64,000 nucleotides of DNA from Octopus vulgaris (lineage: Eukaryota). Below, in pieces: positions 11,459 through 26,215 of this stretch. The translations under genes were made by a program, and so were the position numbers. Every line of letters starts with the position of its first letter. Position 1 is the first letter of the stretch. The stretch lies in the NCBI GenBank assembly GCA_951406725.2, contig OX597818.1, positions 36,952,001 to 37,016,000 of the forward strand. Direction: 5' to 3'. The notes beneath the pieces are model-generated. The model searched no databases. It was not told the origin of the DNA and saw only the letters and a program-made list of their open reading frames with translations.

Positions 11459-12682
11459 TCTTATACACAAATAGCCAATTCTATCTGTCGATCTAACTGT
11501 TACCATGTTACTGCCTACACCAGTGAACCAATCTTGACGAAACTTTGCACACATGTTAAACTAAGATCCAGTTCAATTATCAACTAATTGTATTTCAATA
11601 AAACTCTATAATGGGCCTCACTAGAAGGGTTGGCTATTATATGATAAAATAAGAAGGGTGCAAACAGTCTTAGTGCGAGGGAAATGTAGTAGCATAGGGA
11701 ATGTGACTGATATCAGGCACAACGTTGTGTGACAAATATGGAGTGGCAATGAGATGTTAACGTTAATACAGCAGTCATATACACGTGACACTGCATACAT
11801 ACTTTCTTAAATACATACATACATGCATACACACACACATATACACATACACATGCACATTAGTATCTTTTAAAACGCCGAGGGAAGGAAAGAAAGGTTG
11901 GTGTGAGAAATACGTAGCTTTAAAGAAAGAGGAGGTAAGTGGCTTTTCTGCTGTCCATCGCTAAGAAACACACACACTCACACATCCATACATATTCATG
12001 CATACGTACAAACATACATACATACATGTGCCTACTATACACCACTTTAAACTCATGATTACCTATGTGTTCGCTTGTAAATGTGTGTGTGTTTGTGTGT
12101 GTGTCACGTTCTATAACTGTCTGTCTCTCTATTTATAAAGGGTCTTCCCTGTTGCTGTCACACATTGTGAAAATTCAAAATTACGTCAAAATTTTCAAAG
12201 TTGGTATATTGAAATAATCTATCACGTTAAATCTGATTTTGTTATTTATTTGTTCCAGAAAAATTGCAAAAAAAAATGTTACTGAGGTTTAACGTTTAAT
12301 TCATTTTACCTAATCAGAAAACAGGATTTGGAAGCTGGCATTTTCTGCATGATAGCTGTCTAATCACAAAATGAAAGCAAATTCACTGCGAAAAGGAATT
12401 TTTATTAAACAAACGTAAGCAAATCATTATGACGACCCAAGTTGGAGGAAAGTCTAAAGTTTTAATAAGTTTTAACGAATAAAATCAGTGGAAACGTCAA
12501 ACAGTCATGCAAATAACTTACAATGAAAAGAAATCCTCATCGAAGTTTTTTGCGAAAAATTACACAAATTTTTCCTGACCAAGAGGCCGATCTGTCGGGA
12601 AGGCCTGACATGGAATAAATAAAAATTTATACAAGGCATTTTAGTGTAAAAATTGCCCGGCAACGACGGGCTATTCAGCTAG
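11459..12682 (+). mobile_element. Non-autonomous Helitron, possibly composite
   Basis: 3' hairpin gcccggcaacgacgggc then CTAG|T at 12679-12683; candidate 5' TC ends at 11459 and 12128. Confidence 0.65.
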
Positions 12683-13249
12683 TTTTTAATAAAGGAAATT
12701 AAAATTCTTTAAATGTGCGTGTGAACAATGAAGTTCCACGCAATAGTGCCATAGAGGAAAGTCCAGATTTCATCCAATAGTCGCCTTGAAATAAATAATT
12801 GAATAGCAAATTCAGTATTGTGAAAGTAAAAATAATTTTCGACGATAAAATTTTTTGCTTAATATTATATGTCCGATCTCTAAAAAGACATACCGTTACG
12901 GAGATCCGAAGATCAATTTGAGAAACAATATTAAACTAAATAAACCAAAGTCCATCCGCCGTCATTTTTAAAATAGCGCAACAGAAAATTCAGATTTGTT
13001 ACGATCAAAGGTTTTTGAATATAATAACTTTGCTTATACTTGACTCGATATTTTTAGGAAGCTGCCTAATGCTCAAACAGTGCAATAGTATTTTAGAAAG
13101 CAACCCAAAGGTCATTTACCAAGCGTTTTAGAATAACTCCACAAAGAATTCCGATTTATATCGTTGATTTCTTTAGAGTTGTTTCGTTCTTTATTTTTTT
13201 AGGTGTCCTATTTTCGATAACTAAAGAAATATTACTACAAGACTGTCTA

Positions 13250-13455
13250 AGGCAGTGAGGAGGCAGGATCGTTACCGCGCTGGGCTAAATGCTTAGCGTA
13301 TTTACGTTCTGAGTTCAAATGCCGCCAAGGCCGACTTTGCCTTTCATCTTTTCGGGGTCGTTAAAAGAAGTATCATTCGAACATTGGGGTCGAAGAAATC
13401 GACTTACTCCCTCTCCTCATATTGCTGGCCTTGTGCCAAAATTGGAAACCATTAT
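13250..13455 (+). mobile_element. Degenerate SINE family M
   Basis: gagttcaaatgccgcc...gcctttcatcttttcggggtcg. Confidence 0.75.
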
Positions 13456-13774
13456 TATAAGACTGTCTGTGATTCATTCTTATGCTTTGAATATCGCAGT
13501 AAAAATCTTGATGTCTGTCGACAAACCACGTGTTCTGAATAGGTATTTAAGATAGAATTACACCGTATATATCTCTATGAGATATTTAGAAATTTAATAT
13601 TTCTGATTATATAATATTTGTTATCTCGGAAAATATTTACTTAATAAATTTTCTAAAAAGTGGTACTTGTTCTCACATTAAGACTTAATGGGACATTGAC
13701 CGAAGTAAGCTTGCGGTTTCTATTTTTTTTAGGCTGTTGTGATTTTTTATCATCATTATCCTATTTTACGTAAA

Positions 13775-13992
<218 letters not shown>

Positions 13993-15695
13993 CGTAAATA
14001 ACTCTTTCTATAAAGCTTCCGTATTTCAGCACTTATATAATAATAACCGATTTCTTAAAGGAAAACATACCAAACGAAATTTTGTCTACCAATACTTTTC
14101 AATGAATCATTAATAATATCAAGAGTGCTTTGAAGAGATGCAGATATATTGTAACATTCATTGGCTTCCTTATAAGTGAGGATTTATTTGTTTAAGATAA
14201 TAATCCCTCTCATATATAAAGTTAAGTAAAAAAAAAAAAAAGTATGAAGGAGTGAATACACTCCTCCTCGCATTTTTTAATTACCTTCTTAATACATTTA
14301 GGGGTTCATTGCTTCCTTTTCAGAGATCTTCCACTCCTCTTTGACTTCCATCGGCTTCCTATCCTCACAAGTGGATAAAGGGATGGTTATTCATGTCATC
14401 ACTATCCACCTGTTGTTATTGTTTTTGTACAGCAATGACTTAAGGAAGACAACTTCTTGAAAACCCGGTTAATTTCTGGAGATGAAGGCGCAGTGATTTT
14501 TTCAAAGCCTTCAGAGTTGCACCCAGTGTCACCTTAGAATCAGAAGTCTTCCAGTCTTGCTGCTTTTATAGCTGGTTTCCTTACCTCAAACCCTTTAATT
14601 ACATTTACTGCCACATGTGTAGCATGAATTTTTAACCTTGTATCAATGATCTTGAAGATCTCTTCTTGGGACACACCACAGATCACAACTCTGGAATTTG
14701 CAATATCATGAGAACTTGTCTATAGTGAGCACACAAAACTACATTTAACTAAAAATTATATTAGCACTGACTACACATGCATATTGCATCACGGTAATGA
14801 CCACAATCAAGAAGTTAGTATCGTCCTTGATGGCGAGCTTCGTGTTTCTCAATCCAAAATTATTATATAATCATTTTATGGACAGCTGTGTGTCTCGGGC
14901 TATTTAAGCTTGTGCTTTCGCTCCGGTACTAGTTTTGAAAATGATGCCTATCGTCCCAAATCTGTCTCTGCCAACGAAAGAGATCTCATTCCATCTAACT
15001 TAGACGACTGTCTCTATTTGCGCCTAAAAGACTTTCAGGAAAGTTTTTTCTGGTCTTAGCAAAAAGGGTTATGATATTTTCTCTTCTTATGTGCATGGGA
15101 AATAGGACCAGGAAGAGAAGTTTACGTTTTCGTTATAAAACGCTTTCATGCATTTATCCTCTCCGTGCAATGATTCGTGTATAGGTTTCTCGGCTTTAAG
15201 AGAATAGTTGCGAACGATGTTATCAGATTTGAATTCGCAACAGTTTCGTCTTAGAAAATACATGTATATTTGCGAATGATATTTCTTTTGCTGTTGTCAA
15301 AAGACTTGCTTGTAATTTTATGTTTTCTCTTCTTTTTTATTATTTGCACAGCAGTCATATTTTTTTCTTTAAAATTAGTAATTTTTCAGACACTTATATT
15401 TGTTTTAGCTTTTGACTGTTTGTTTACGAGTTACTTTATTCTATTCTGTGGTGTTCTCCCATGTAACGGATGCCATATTTGACAAAAATGTTTGAGGTGT
15501 GAGAAAAACGGAGTATTTTTTAAAGAATAACTATGTTGTAATATCCCATACGAGGTAGACTTCCAGATAGTCCAGTAGAAAATATTTGTATGAAATCAAT
15601 TTGAAAATTCTTCTTTTCGTGCTACGTGAGCTTGCTAGAATCCAGGATATCGAGAACTGATTTGAAAAATACGCCTGAACAGCGAGCTCAATATC

Positions 15696-15758
<63 letters not shown>

Positions 15759-15769
15759 CAATAATATTA

Positions 15770-16181
15770 CAGTTGAATGGCTCTGCAGCCTGAAGCAAAC
15801 AGCTTCTTATTCCCAGCAAGAGGCTATCCACTTCACAGAAGACAGTATCAGAAATATGAGTAAAAAGTTAAGCAAATGGAAAGAAGCAGGACCTGATGGT
15901 ATACAGGGATTTTGGATAAAAACAAGTTCAGTAGGTGCAATAAATTGATCGCAGAGCAATTTAATGCCTTGATCAATGGAGAAGAAGAAATCCCGGGTTG
16001 GTTGACAAAAGGATGGACGGTGTTGTGTCTGGAGGATGCACCAAATTACAGGCCAATTTCTTGCCTCCCGTTAATGTGGAAGTTACTGGTAGGAGAAATA
16101 GCAGAACTGTACAAATTTCTTGATGAGAACGATATATTACCGACGGAACAAAAAGACCGTGGAAGGAGATGCAGAGGTACG
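15770..16181 (+). mobile_element. R4/Dong-like non-LTR reverse transcriptase fragment after an (AAT)n array
   Basis: [15 protein letters not shown] / [38 protein letters not shown]. Confidence 0.85.
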
Positions 16182-16269
16182 TAAAGGGCAGATAAAAATG
16201 TCACGAAACATTCTGACCGACGCGCAAATCATTCTGCCAACTTACAGATTATATGATAATAATGCTAAT

Positions 16270-16710
16270 ATTAGTTTCAGATTGTGGTACATGGACATCA
16301 GTTTTAAAAGGGAGTTTAGTCGGTTATATTGACCCCTATACTTGACTGACACTTATTTTAACGACCCTGAAGTATAAGCAGTAAAGTCAACCTCGATAGA
16401 ATTTGAGCTCAGAACGTAAAGGGCTGGTAGAAAAGCCGCAAAACATTCTGTTCGTCGCACAACAGATTCTGTTAAATCGTCGCTTTTATGAAATAATACT
16501 AATAATGGTTCCAGATATTGGTACATGATCATTTGAGGAGAGGAAGCTGATGCCATCGATCGCAATATTTAACCAGCGCTTTATTTTATCAACTTCGAAA
16601 AGATAAAAAGATAAAAGTTCACCGTAGGAGAATTTGAACTCAGAACGGAAAAATACAGGAATGCATTTTGTCGTACGCGGTACCAATTCTGCCGACTGCT
16701 GCCAACCATT
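16270..16710 (-). mobile_element. Two degenerate SINE family M copies in tandem
   Basis: Each has gaatttga(g/a)ctcagaacg (reverse B box) and remnants of the central domain. Confidence 0.6.
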
Positions 16711-17280
16711 CTGTGCTTTTCGTTAGCGAGAATTTAATGAGTCGGAGGCCGATTTTATTTTGATGGCAATGGTGATGTTGTTGATGGTGGTGATGGTGGT
16801 GTCGGTGGTGGCGGCCTTACTGTTGAAGTGAGCGCTAGTGTTATACTGATGCTGGTGTCTAATGGATAATGGTGGGGGTCCAATTTATAAATAAACACAT
16901 TTATGTATATAATATTAATCCTGATGTTTCACGACCGTTAGTGCAAATCTCATCTATCTTGTCACGACTGCACTTTGAAAAGCATTTGATATAATGGGTA
17001 TATAAATTAGTAATTCAAACCTCCAATTCACACAGAACTCTGATCAAAGGTAAAATGGAATTAGATGAACTAAGACGTATAGCGAAATGAGAAATTTTAT
17101 TCTTTATCTTTATTTTATTCCTATTTTTTTGCGTGAAACCCAATCTGTTCGGCAAGTTCGATCTCCAGATTCAGCGAATCAGTACATAAAATGTGACTTG
17201 AACTGAAATTGGTTATTTTTCCAACTTAATCTTTATCCTGGCTTTGATTTGGTTTGGTGTTTGCATTCTTGCTTTGTCAT

Positions 17281-17421
<141 letters not shown>

Positions 17422-17985
17422 TATGTTATTCTTGCAGTTGGTGGTGTTGCTGTTGTCGTTGTTCTTTTTGATGTTTGTCTTCATTTTTTTTTATATTTTC
17501 TAAATTATTCTTCTCATCGGTTCTATTAACTAATTATGGGCGACCATTAAAGCTGTGTTCCGTTCCAGTAGCATGAAATGGATGTAGGTTGGGAGAAAGA
17601 AAGAGAGAGAGACACACACACACAGGGGTGGGGAGGTATTTGTTCACGCTCTTTTAACAGACAAAAAAATCGAACAAGTAAGAAAAAATATGTAATTTTA
17701 ATGAGGGGGCAACTAAGTGATGTTGCTACCATTCGTCACTTTGAGAAGACGAGCGGGAACCAAGTGTAAAAGAATCTTTGATGATGGATCTCATTAACGT
17801 TGTGAACTGTGTTTCAGAGATTTATAGTTTGCATGTAGTACATACGTACATACATTTATACATACATATGTATGTATCTATATATTTGTATATATAATTG
17901 CGTACGTATGTGTGCGTGTGTATGTATGTATGCATATAAGTATGAATTTATGTATATATTGCGTGTGTATGTGCAGAATATGTAA

Positions 17986-18021
<36 letters not shown>

Positions 18022-18339
18022 GCTCAAGCATGGCCGCAGTTAAATTACTGAAACAAGTAAAAGATGTATATATATATATATATATATGTGTGTGCGTGTG
18101 TGTGTATAGATAGATATACGCATGTATATATATGTATATATATGTATATATATGTATATATATATATACATACATATACATATGTATATATATATGTATA
18201 TTTTTGTGTATATATATATATAGGTATATGTATATATATATATATGTATATATATATGAATATGTATATATATATATGTATATGCATATATATGTTTATA
18301 TACATGTATAATATATGCATATGTATAAATATATATATG

Positions 18340-18387
<48 letters not shown>

Positions 18388-18831
18388 CATACATATCTAT
18401 ATATATACATATATACACACACATATATATGCATATATATATGTATATATATATATATATGCGTGTGTGTATATATGTATATGCATATATATATATATAT
18501 GTATGTGTATAATTACATAAATACCTATGTATGTATGTGTATATATACATAAATACCTATGTATGTGTATATATATATATATATACCTATGTAAGTATGT
18601 GCATGTATATATGTGTGCGTAGAATAAATATATTGTATAAATTTCGGATATATATAATATTTATATATGTTACTTACATCGAAAATTTATACAATATATA
18701 TATATAATATATCCTATATTTGCACTACACACACACACGCATTTATATATACATACACATATATATACACATATATATATATATACATACATATACATAC
18801 ATATATATCAAATATATGTAAGTATATATTC

Positions 18832-18873
<42 letters not shown>

Positions 18874-19372
18874 TATATATATAGAGATATATATATACAT
18901 AAATACATACATAAATGCATACATACATACATGCGTATATACGTACTTACGTACGTACAATATCTATGATTGAGATCTATAATTGTGTTTTTTGTCATTC
19001 AATGTTTTTAAAAAAATAAAGAAAAAACAGAGAAGTGTTGTTTTGAGGGCTAGGGAGGTGATTTTTTTAAAATTCTTTCTTGTTAGTTTTTTTTTTTTTT
19101 TTTTTTGTCAAGTTTATCCAGTACAACAAACTCATTTACCTCTATGATAAGCGCAAAAGATTAAAGGCACAATGTCTATTTTGTTGTTTTTTTTTTGTTG
19201 TTTTGTTTTTTGTTAAATTCTATCCAAAGAAAGGTTTAATTTTAACCTGCTTATTAATTTTTGAAAAGAAAAAAAAAGACTTCGTCAACTTCCCAGCAGA
19301 TACCCGAATAGGAATTTGCATCAAATTGTCACATAAATTCTCTCTCTCTTCTCTGCCTCACTCTGTCTGTCT

Positions 19373-19428
<56 letters not shown>

Positions 19429-19843
19429 GTCTATCTATCTAATTGCCTCCCACATACAAATACACTCTCACACAGACGCACACTTATACATACATGCACG
19501 CATATATATCATATATATACATATATACATACATACGCATACATACATACACACATAAACACACACTATATACATACATACATACATACATACATACATA
19601 CATACATTAATCTGTGCACATACACGCATAAAGATACACACATATATATATATATATATATATATTACGTGCATAAAGATATTTTTGTACGTATAAACAT
19701 GTTTGTGTATATACTGCGAGCTTTTCTGTTCCTATCTATTTCTATCTATCTATCTATCTCTTTGTCCATCTATGTTAATATCTGTTTCACTTCTCTTGTT
19801 TTTCTTCTCTCTCTATCTCTCGCTCCTTCTCTTTTTCTTCCCC

Positions 19844-19874
<31 letters not shown>

Positions 19875-19880
19875 ATTCTC

Positions 19881-19884
<4 letters not shown>

Positions 19885-19969
<85 letters not shown>
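19885..19969. repeat. (CT)n microsatellite
   Basis: Direct inspection. Confidence 0.97.
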
Positions 19970-19971
<2 letters not shown>

Positions 19972-20653
19972 GAAGGAGGTGAGTCGTATATTTTATTTAT
20001 GCATCACCTACCTAAACAAGCAACATTAGAAATTTTACTAACAGCAAAGTCACACCCAGTTATTTTATTCTTGTATACGCCCAGAAATGGCAGCACCGAA
20101 GCACTGAAGGGCGTTTTATTTCATTTGTTTTCTTCCTTCTCTTTATTTCTTTTTTTTTTTTTTACTTTTCCTGAGCTGGACAATAACAACAACAACAATG
20201 ACAACACAACGGCAAAGCTTTGTTTATACAACTCTCCCCACCCACGCAGTTCTTTTTGTGAAAGGAAAAGTACCATACTGAACGATTTTTAACTAAGCAT
20301 TTTGAAAGACCTTCAATAAGCAGTGGGTTTTAACAAACAGCTGGCTTTAGTAAAGAACAGTTGAATAGATTCGCACACTGCCACCTTAGTCTGCCTATTG
20401 ATCTTCAGTTTCTTGAATGTGTAGCGCCCCGATAATAATGACCTTTAAATATTGTAAAGGGGTCAACAAAAATGTTCTGGGTTAACAAATTCTGTAAGAG
20501 AATGCCCTCCTTATGTTCCCAGAGGTCAGTGTTTATAGTTTATAGAACACGCCTATGTCTTATCTTATTTGAACATTAACATCCTTTAAAAATTAATTTT
20601 GTATCAAAATTAACCTCATTTGAATTATGAAGCTCTGTTAGAATTAGAAAGAA

Positions 20654-21165
20654 CTAGCAGTATCGCCCGGCGTTGCTCGGGTTTGTAAGGGAAATAACTA
20701 TATAAGCATTTTTAGAGAGTTACTTCCTTTATAGATGCCAATTCGGGCTTTCTTAGCCATTTCTGTTTTGGTGTCTTCAAGCCATGAAGTCGTTGTTCTA
20801 AAAGAACGCTGGTCTCCTTGACAACGCATTACGACGTTGATTTCCTTAAACTCCCTTCCCCACAGCTTCACGAGGGAGGGAAGAAGGGGAGAAGCAAACA
20901 GGTGCAGGTGTGACCATGGACGCCAACTCCGCCGCCATCGACACAAGAAAAATTATGCATTAAAATGGAATAAAAAATGATGTTAAATTATTTTTAAAAT
21001 CGTAGACTCATCGTAGACGCGCGCTAATAGCCAGACGGGCTCGATATTAATCACGACTATAAGATACCCGAATTTGGTTAAACTGCACCGCAAAATGTGG
21101 GAGGAGTTAGGAATCTAAATCGTAGGAGACAGACACTCACACAACTACAGTTTTATATATATAGA
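20654..21165 (-). mobile_element. Non-autonomous Helitron, complete
   Basis: Minus strand A|TCtatatatataaaa ... cccgagcaacgccggg hairpin ... CTAG|T; near-identical copy at 58941-59449. Confidence 0.88.
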
Positions 21166-21428
21166 TATAACATGTATTCGTCTTGCTGACTGGACGTTTA
21201 AATCATTGCTTTGATTATAACCCACTTGGAATGCTTTCGAAGTGTTTTTAGTACTGCATCTAATAAATTCTGTATGTTAAAAAATTAAGATCGCTTCCTT
21301 TTGGAAAATTGCCCTTTGACAGTGTCATACACATACACATATATGTATGTATGTATACGTATATACATATGTGTGTGCGTGCGTGCGTTTGTGTGCGTGT
21401 GTGTGTGTACGTGTGTGCGTATATATAT

Positions 21429-21651
21429 CTTTTATTCTTTTACTTGTTTCAGTCATTTAACTGCGGCCATGCTGGAGCACCGCCTTTAGTCGAGCAAATC
21501 GACCCCTGGACTTATTCTTTGTAAGCCTAGTACTTATTCTTTTGCCGAACCGCTAAGTTACGGAGACGTAAACACACCAGCATCGGCTGTCAAGCGATGC
21601 TGGGGGAGGACAAACATAGACACACAAACATATACACACACACACATATAT

Positions 21652-21702
<51 letters not shown>

Positions 21703-21715
21703 GAGGGAGATACAC

Positions 21716-21746
<31 letters not shown>

Positions 21747-21926
21747 TATACACACACATATACGACTGGCTTCTTCCAGTTTCCGTCTACCAAATCCACT
21801 CACAAGGTTTTGGTCGGCCCGAGGCTATAGTAGAAGATACTTGCCCAAGGTGCCACGCAGTGGGACTGAACCTGGAACCATGTGGTTGGTACGCAAACTA
21901 CTTACCACACAGCCACTCCTGCGCCT
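21429..21926 (-). mobile_element. SINE family A with expanded internal microsatellite
   Basis: Head to tail present on the minus strand. Confidence 0.9.
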
Positions 21927-22009
21927 ATATATATATATATATGTGTGTGTGTAATACTCATGCATTAGTGTACGTGCATATATATATATATTCCCTCTTC
22001 CCCTTCCCT

Positions 22010-22195
22010 CTGCTCCCTCACTCCCTCACTCCCCTTCTCTCTCCCCCTCTCCCTCTTTCCTCCTTTCTCCCCCCTCCCCCTCCTCCCCTTCCTTCTCCCC
22101 TCCTCTCTCTCCCCCATCCTCTCCTCTTCCCCCTCTCCTCCCCCTCTTCTTCCCCCCTTCTCTCCCCCTCTTCTCCCCCCCCCCTCTTATCCTCA
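22010..22195. repeat. C-rich polypyrimidine tract
   Basis: Almost pure C/T for ~185 bp. Confidence 0.9.
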
Positions 22196-22237
22196 CTACA
22201 CCACACGACTTTACACATCACATCATATATGATGTGC

Positions 22238-22612
22238 CATACTAATACATACACCAACTAATACATACTAATACGTACTAATACATACTAATACATACTA
22301 ATACATACACCAACCCTATACATACACACGTCCAGACCCCTCATACGCACTTATACTCTCTCATACACACACACACACACTTATACATACTAATACGTAC
22401 TAATACATACTAATACATACTAATACATACACCAACCTCATACATACGCACGTCCAGACCAATCCTACGCACTAATACTCTCCCATACACACACACCCTT
22501 ATACATACTAATACATACACCAACCCTATACATACACACGTCCAGACCCCTCCTACGCACTATTAGCTGGTCCTTCAACCCTATTATCAACCCTATTATC
22601 AACCCTATTATC
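22238..22612. repeat. Nested minisatellite (catactaata units inside ~120-bp repeats, then caaccctattat x3)
   Basis: cgtccagacc recurs at ~22329, 22451 and 22538. Confidence 0.85.
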
Positions 22613-22659
22613 TCCCCTTATTTCGCTCTCGCGTCTCATGTTTGATCTTTGACCTCTGG

Positions 22660-22879
22660 CCGAAATCAGATCGCCATGTTGATTCGTTAGCTACTGCACG
22701 CATTTTTTTCTCTCCTTCTTTCTGTGTTTTTTTCTCTCTGTGTATCTTTCTGTTGAAGAGCGTAGGCTCGAAACGTTAAAGACTTGTTTTATTTATATTT
22801 CCTGAGCGCCATACTAATACAATTGTTCGTTTGTTTTCCACCTGCCTTCGTCTTTTGTCTATTTTCATAAAGCTTCCCG

Positions 22880-22881
<2 letters not shown>
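22660..22881 (+). mobile_element. (TA)n-anchored hammerhead-like element, family B
   Basis: tcttt-CTGTTGA-a-gagc-gtag-gctc-GAAA-cg-TT-aaaga at 22745-22782; 3' end abuts (TA)n; homologues at 51430 and 57030. Confidence 0.7.
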
Positions 22882-22952
<71 letters not shown>

Positions 22953-24150
22953 GTATGTATATATTTATGTATGTATGTATGTAAGTGTGGACCTCACTTG
23001 GGATTGGGTCGTCAGCTTCGGTTGGAGGATGAGATATTTTCTGGCCCTGAAGAGAGGAGATAGCCTTTCAGATGCAAACCTAGTTTTCTAGGATGTTGGA
23101 TGTTGCTCTAATTAAAAAAATGATCTTTATTTAATTTTTAAAATGTCATTATCTAGCATTTTTCCATAAATGTTGTTTTGGGATTGTTTGAGGACTTCAA
23201 AACTAGAGAATTCTGAAATTCAAGTATGATAGAAGGGAAGTTTGTTTGTTTGTTTTCGCTTTTGTTTTAAAACAAACCTTGATAACAGTTTCAAGTATTT
23301 TCAGTTTTTACTATTTGCATCATTGACTAAACATTACCTCCGAAGTAATAAAGTCTGTAACATCGTTTCTAATAATCTACTGGAGTTCATTTAGCTTACA
23401 ATAGTTTATAATATCTTTGAAGAGGCGATATACCTTACTTCCCAGTTCACTTTGCTCTATAAGCAGCATCAGTAGCTAAGGAAATCAGTACACATAGTTA
23501 AGAATTTAAAGGACTAACTCTACCATGTTTCATCGTAAATGACAGTAAGCTTCATTTGAATTGAATTCACAATGTATTTTCTGTTTCACTTATGTCTTTA
23601 CTGCACAGCGAAAATTGTGGATGTCACACAATTTCATCTCTTTACATTTAATTGTGAAAGCATGTTTTTATATAATAAATCTTTATTAATTTTGTTCATT
23701 TGTTATTTCTATATTTTAGTCTGCGGAGAAAGAGCAATGCCCATGGCTTCTGAAGGTCTTTCTTGAAGATATAGGAAGATTTGGGTAAGTTAATTCGCTT
23801 GATTTTCAGAATGTGTTTTTAAGGGCTAGTAGATGGAAGAAATGCACTGAGGGATATTATTCGTGGAAAGGGCGCGTACGAGAAATATTTTACTTTTTAA
23901 TGTAGGGCATAAGGATAAGAGAGTGAGGTTAACGGAAAACACAAAGAGTTGTATTAAAGTAGTTGGTTTTGATTTAAGTTGTATAATGTTAGTAATTTCA
24001 AAGAAGCATATGCCATTGTAGTAAAATCAGGTGCTGAAGAGAGCGAAATAAGTTTTGTGGCGGAAATGCAACTCTAGCTTATTGTTGAATATTTTTTTTA
24101 CTCATCTACAAAATGACGTTTTGAGAGGATACAATCTTCACTTGGAATAT

Positions 24151-24545
24151 ATCATCATCATCATTGTTCGATCGTAGTTGAGATAATGGAATTTACTATG
24201 TTACGCCAGACCTCACGGTCCATCATAGCATTACAGAGGTCCTGTTGCTGGATGCCTGTATCTCTGGAGATTACATCAGGGTAGGAGAGTGTGCGCCCTC
24301 TGGTATTGCGAGTAGCTGGCTTCCAGAGGAGAAGAGTAGAAATTACCTCGTTTTCAGCTCTGCAACAATGTCCAGCAAACTGGACTCTTCTACCTTTCAT
24401 AAGAGATAATACAGGTGGTAATTTCCCATATATTTGTACTTTGGTTGGATGACGCTTCCACGAGAGATTTTGAGCTCTCATAAGGAGGCAAGTGTAAGTT
24501 CTATCCAACCGCCTCTCAAGCTTCTTTGATAACGTCCAGGTCTCT
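24151..24545 (-). mobile_element. RTE/RTE-X-like LINE 3' end with (TGA)n tail
   Basis: ORF 24161-24508: RRVQFAGHCCRA...MMDREVWRNIV; stop followed by tgatgatga. Confidence 0.85.
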
Positions 24546-24961
24546 GGACTAGTTCTCCACTATTGAATGAACATTTTTATATAAAAATATGCAACAGCAG
24601 TTTGGTGTAGGTGAGGATAAGATATTTTATAACCTTCATGATACAGCCTTAGCTATACAGCCAGGATTTCGATCACCAAAGATAGTAAGTCCTAGAATTC
24701 AATAGTACGAAAGTTTATCTGGGTGTTTTTCATAAGCAAAACCTTCCTACTTCGGACGGAAGGAATACCAAAGTATATAACATATTGGACTACTAAATAA
24801 TGAGTCAGTTATTTCATTATATCTCTGAACGGAACACTTTATTGTACATGAATCACTTTTTTCTTTCTTTCCGCTCTTTTATACTAACAAACATTGGAAG
24901 GCAAATAACATATATTTTCGTTATCCACCCAAACATACAATGTTCGTGGGTGTGTGTGCGT

Positions 24962-25042
<81 letters not shown>

Positions 25043-25349
25043 CGTGCGTGTATGAGTGCATGTGTGTGCACGTGTTCGGGCGTATACTCGCAACTCGGAT
25101 GCTTTTTAATACAACACATGGTATCTCGATGCAAATACATAAAGAAAGCACAAGAGTGAAGGAAATGATGCAATAGCCTACTCTAAAGTTCCAATGACAT
25201 GTAAGACTTGACCAGTACAAGACAAAATATACATTGTCAAGTAAATACGGTAAGAAAATCATATCAATTAAAGATGATAAAGATAATGAAGGTAATAAAT
25301 ACAAGCTTACACACTTATATATCAATAAAAAGAAAAAAAGGATCAAAGG

Positions 25350-25560
25350 TCCATCCAGGCGTATGTATTCTCCCACTCACTCTGGACGGGACGCCATTCC
25401 ATCTACAGTATTATTCATTTTTGCCGATTAAGGAAACTGCAGCAACGTGAAATGATGTGTTTTGCTCAAGAGCACAAGTTATCAAGGGGTTCAGGAATCG
25501 AAGCCACAATATTACGATTGTGAGTGCAACAGCATTAAGCACTAAGCAACGTGCCTCCAT
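25350..25560 (-). mobile_element. Degenerate copy of the 1148-type SINE
   Basis: ctggacgggacgcca...gcaacgtgaaatga...gctcaagagcacaa. Confidence 0.7.
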
Positions 25561-25589
25561 TCGTATACACATACATACAAACATACATG

Positions 25590-25640
<51 letters not shown>

Positions 25641-25643
<3 letters not shown>

Positions 25644-26053
25644 GCAGGAGTGGCTGTGTGGTAAGTAGCTTGCTAACCAACCACATGGTTCCGGGTTCAG
25701 TCCCACTGCGTGGCATCTTGGGCAAGTGTCTTCTGCTATAGCCCCGGGCCGACCAATGCATTGTAAGTGGATTTGGTAGACGGAAACTGAAAGAAGCCTG
25801 TCGTATATATGTATATATATATGTGTGTGTGTGTGTTTGTGTGTCTCTGTCTGTCCCCCTAGCATTGCTTGACAACCGATGCTGGTGTGTTTACGTCCCC
25901 GTCTCTTAACAGTTCGGCAAAAGAGACCGATAGAATAAGTACTGGGCTTACAAAGAATAAGTCCCGGGGTCGATTTGTTTGACTAAAGGCGGTGCTCCAG
26001 CATGGCCGCAGTCAAAATTACTGAAACAAGTAAAAGAGTAAAGAGTAAAGAGT
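25641..26053 (+). mobile_element. SINE family A, full length
   Basis: A box TGGCTGTGTGG, B box GGTTCAGTCC, CORE-like cttgggcaagtg, internal (TA)/(TG) tract, (gagtaaa)n tail. Confidence 0.93.
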
Positions 26054-26090
26054 ATATATACACAAACATGAATACACATACATACATACA

Positions 26091-26215
26091 AACAAAAATA
26101 CCTTATTGTTGATGTTGAAATTCCAATGAAGGAGCCTTGGATCTAGGTTAGAAACCGGTTGTTTCTCTATTGGAAAGAAATACTGAAATAAACAAAAAAA
26201 AATGACATACATACA
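26091..26215 (+). mobile_element. 3' UTR-only copy of the (CATA)n-associated RLE LINE
   Basis: gttgaaattccaatgaaggagccttggatctaggttagaaaccgg matches 45111-45220. Confidence 0.75.

Noticed and set aside
20698-20946. ORF duplicated at 59142-59405
   Set aside because: Lies inside a non-autonomous Helitron; starts differ and no domain is recognisable
22238-22612. CRISPR-like repeat/spacer pattern
   Set aside because: Spacers are not unique, context is eukaryotic and there are no cas genes; it is a minisatellite
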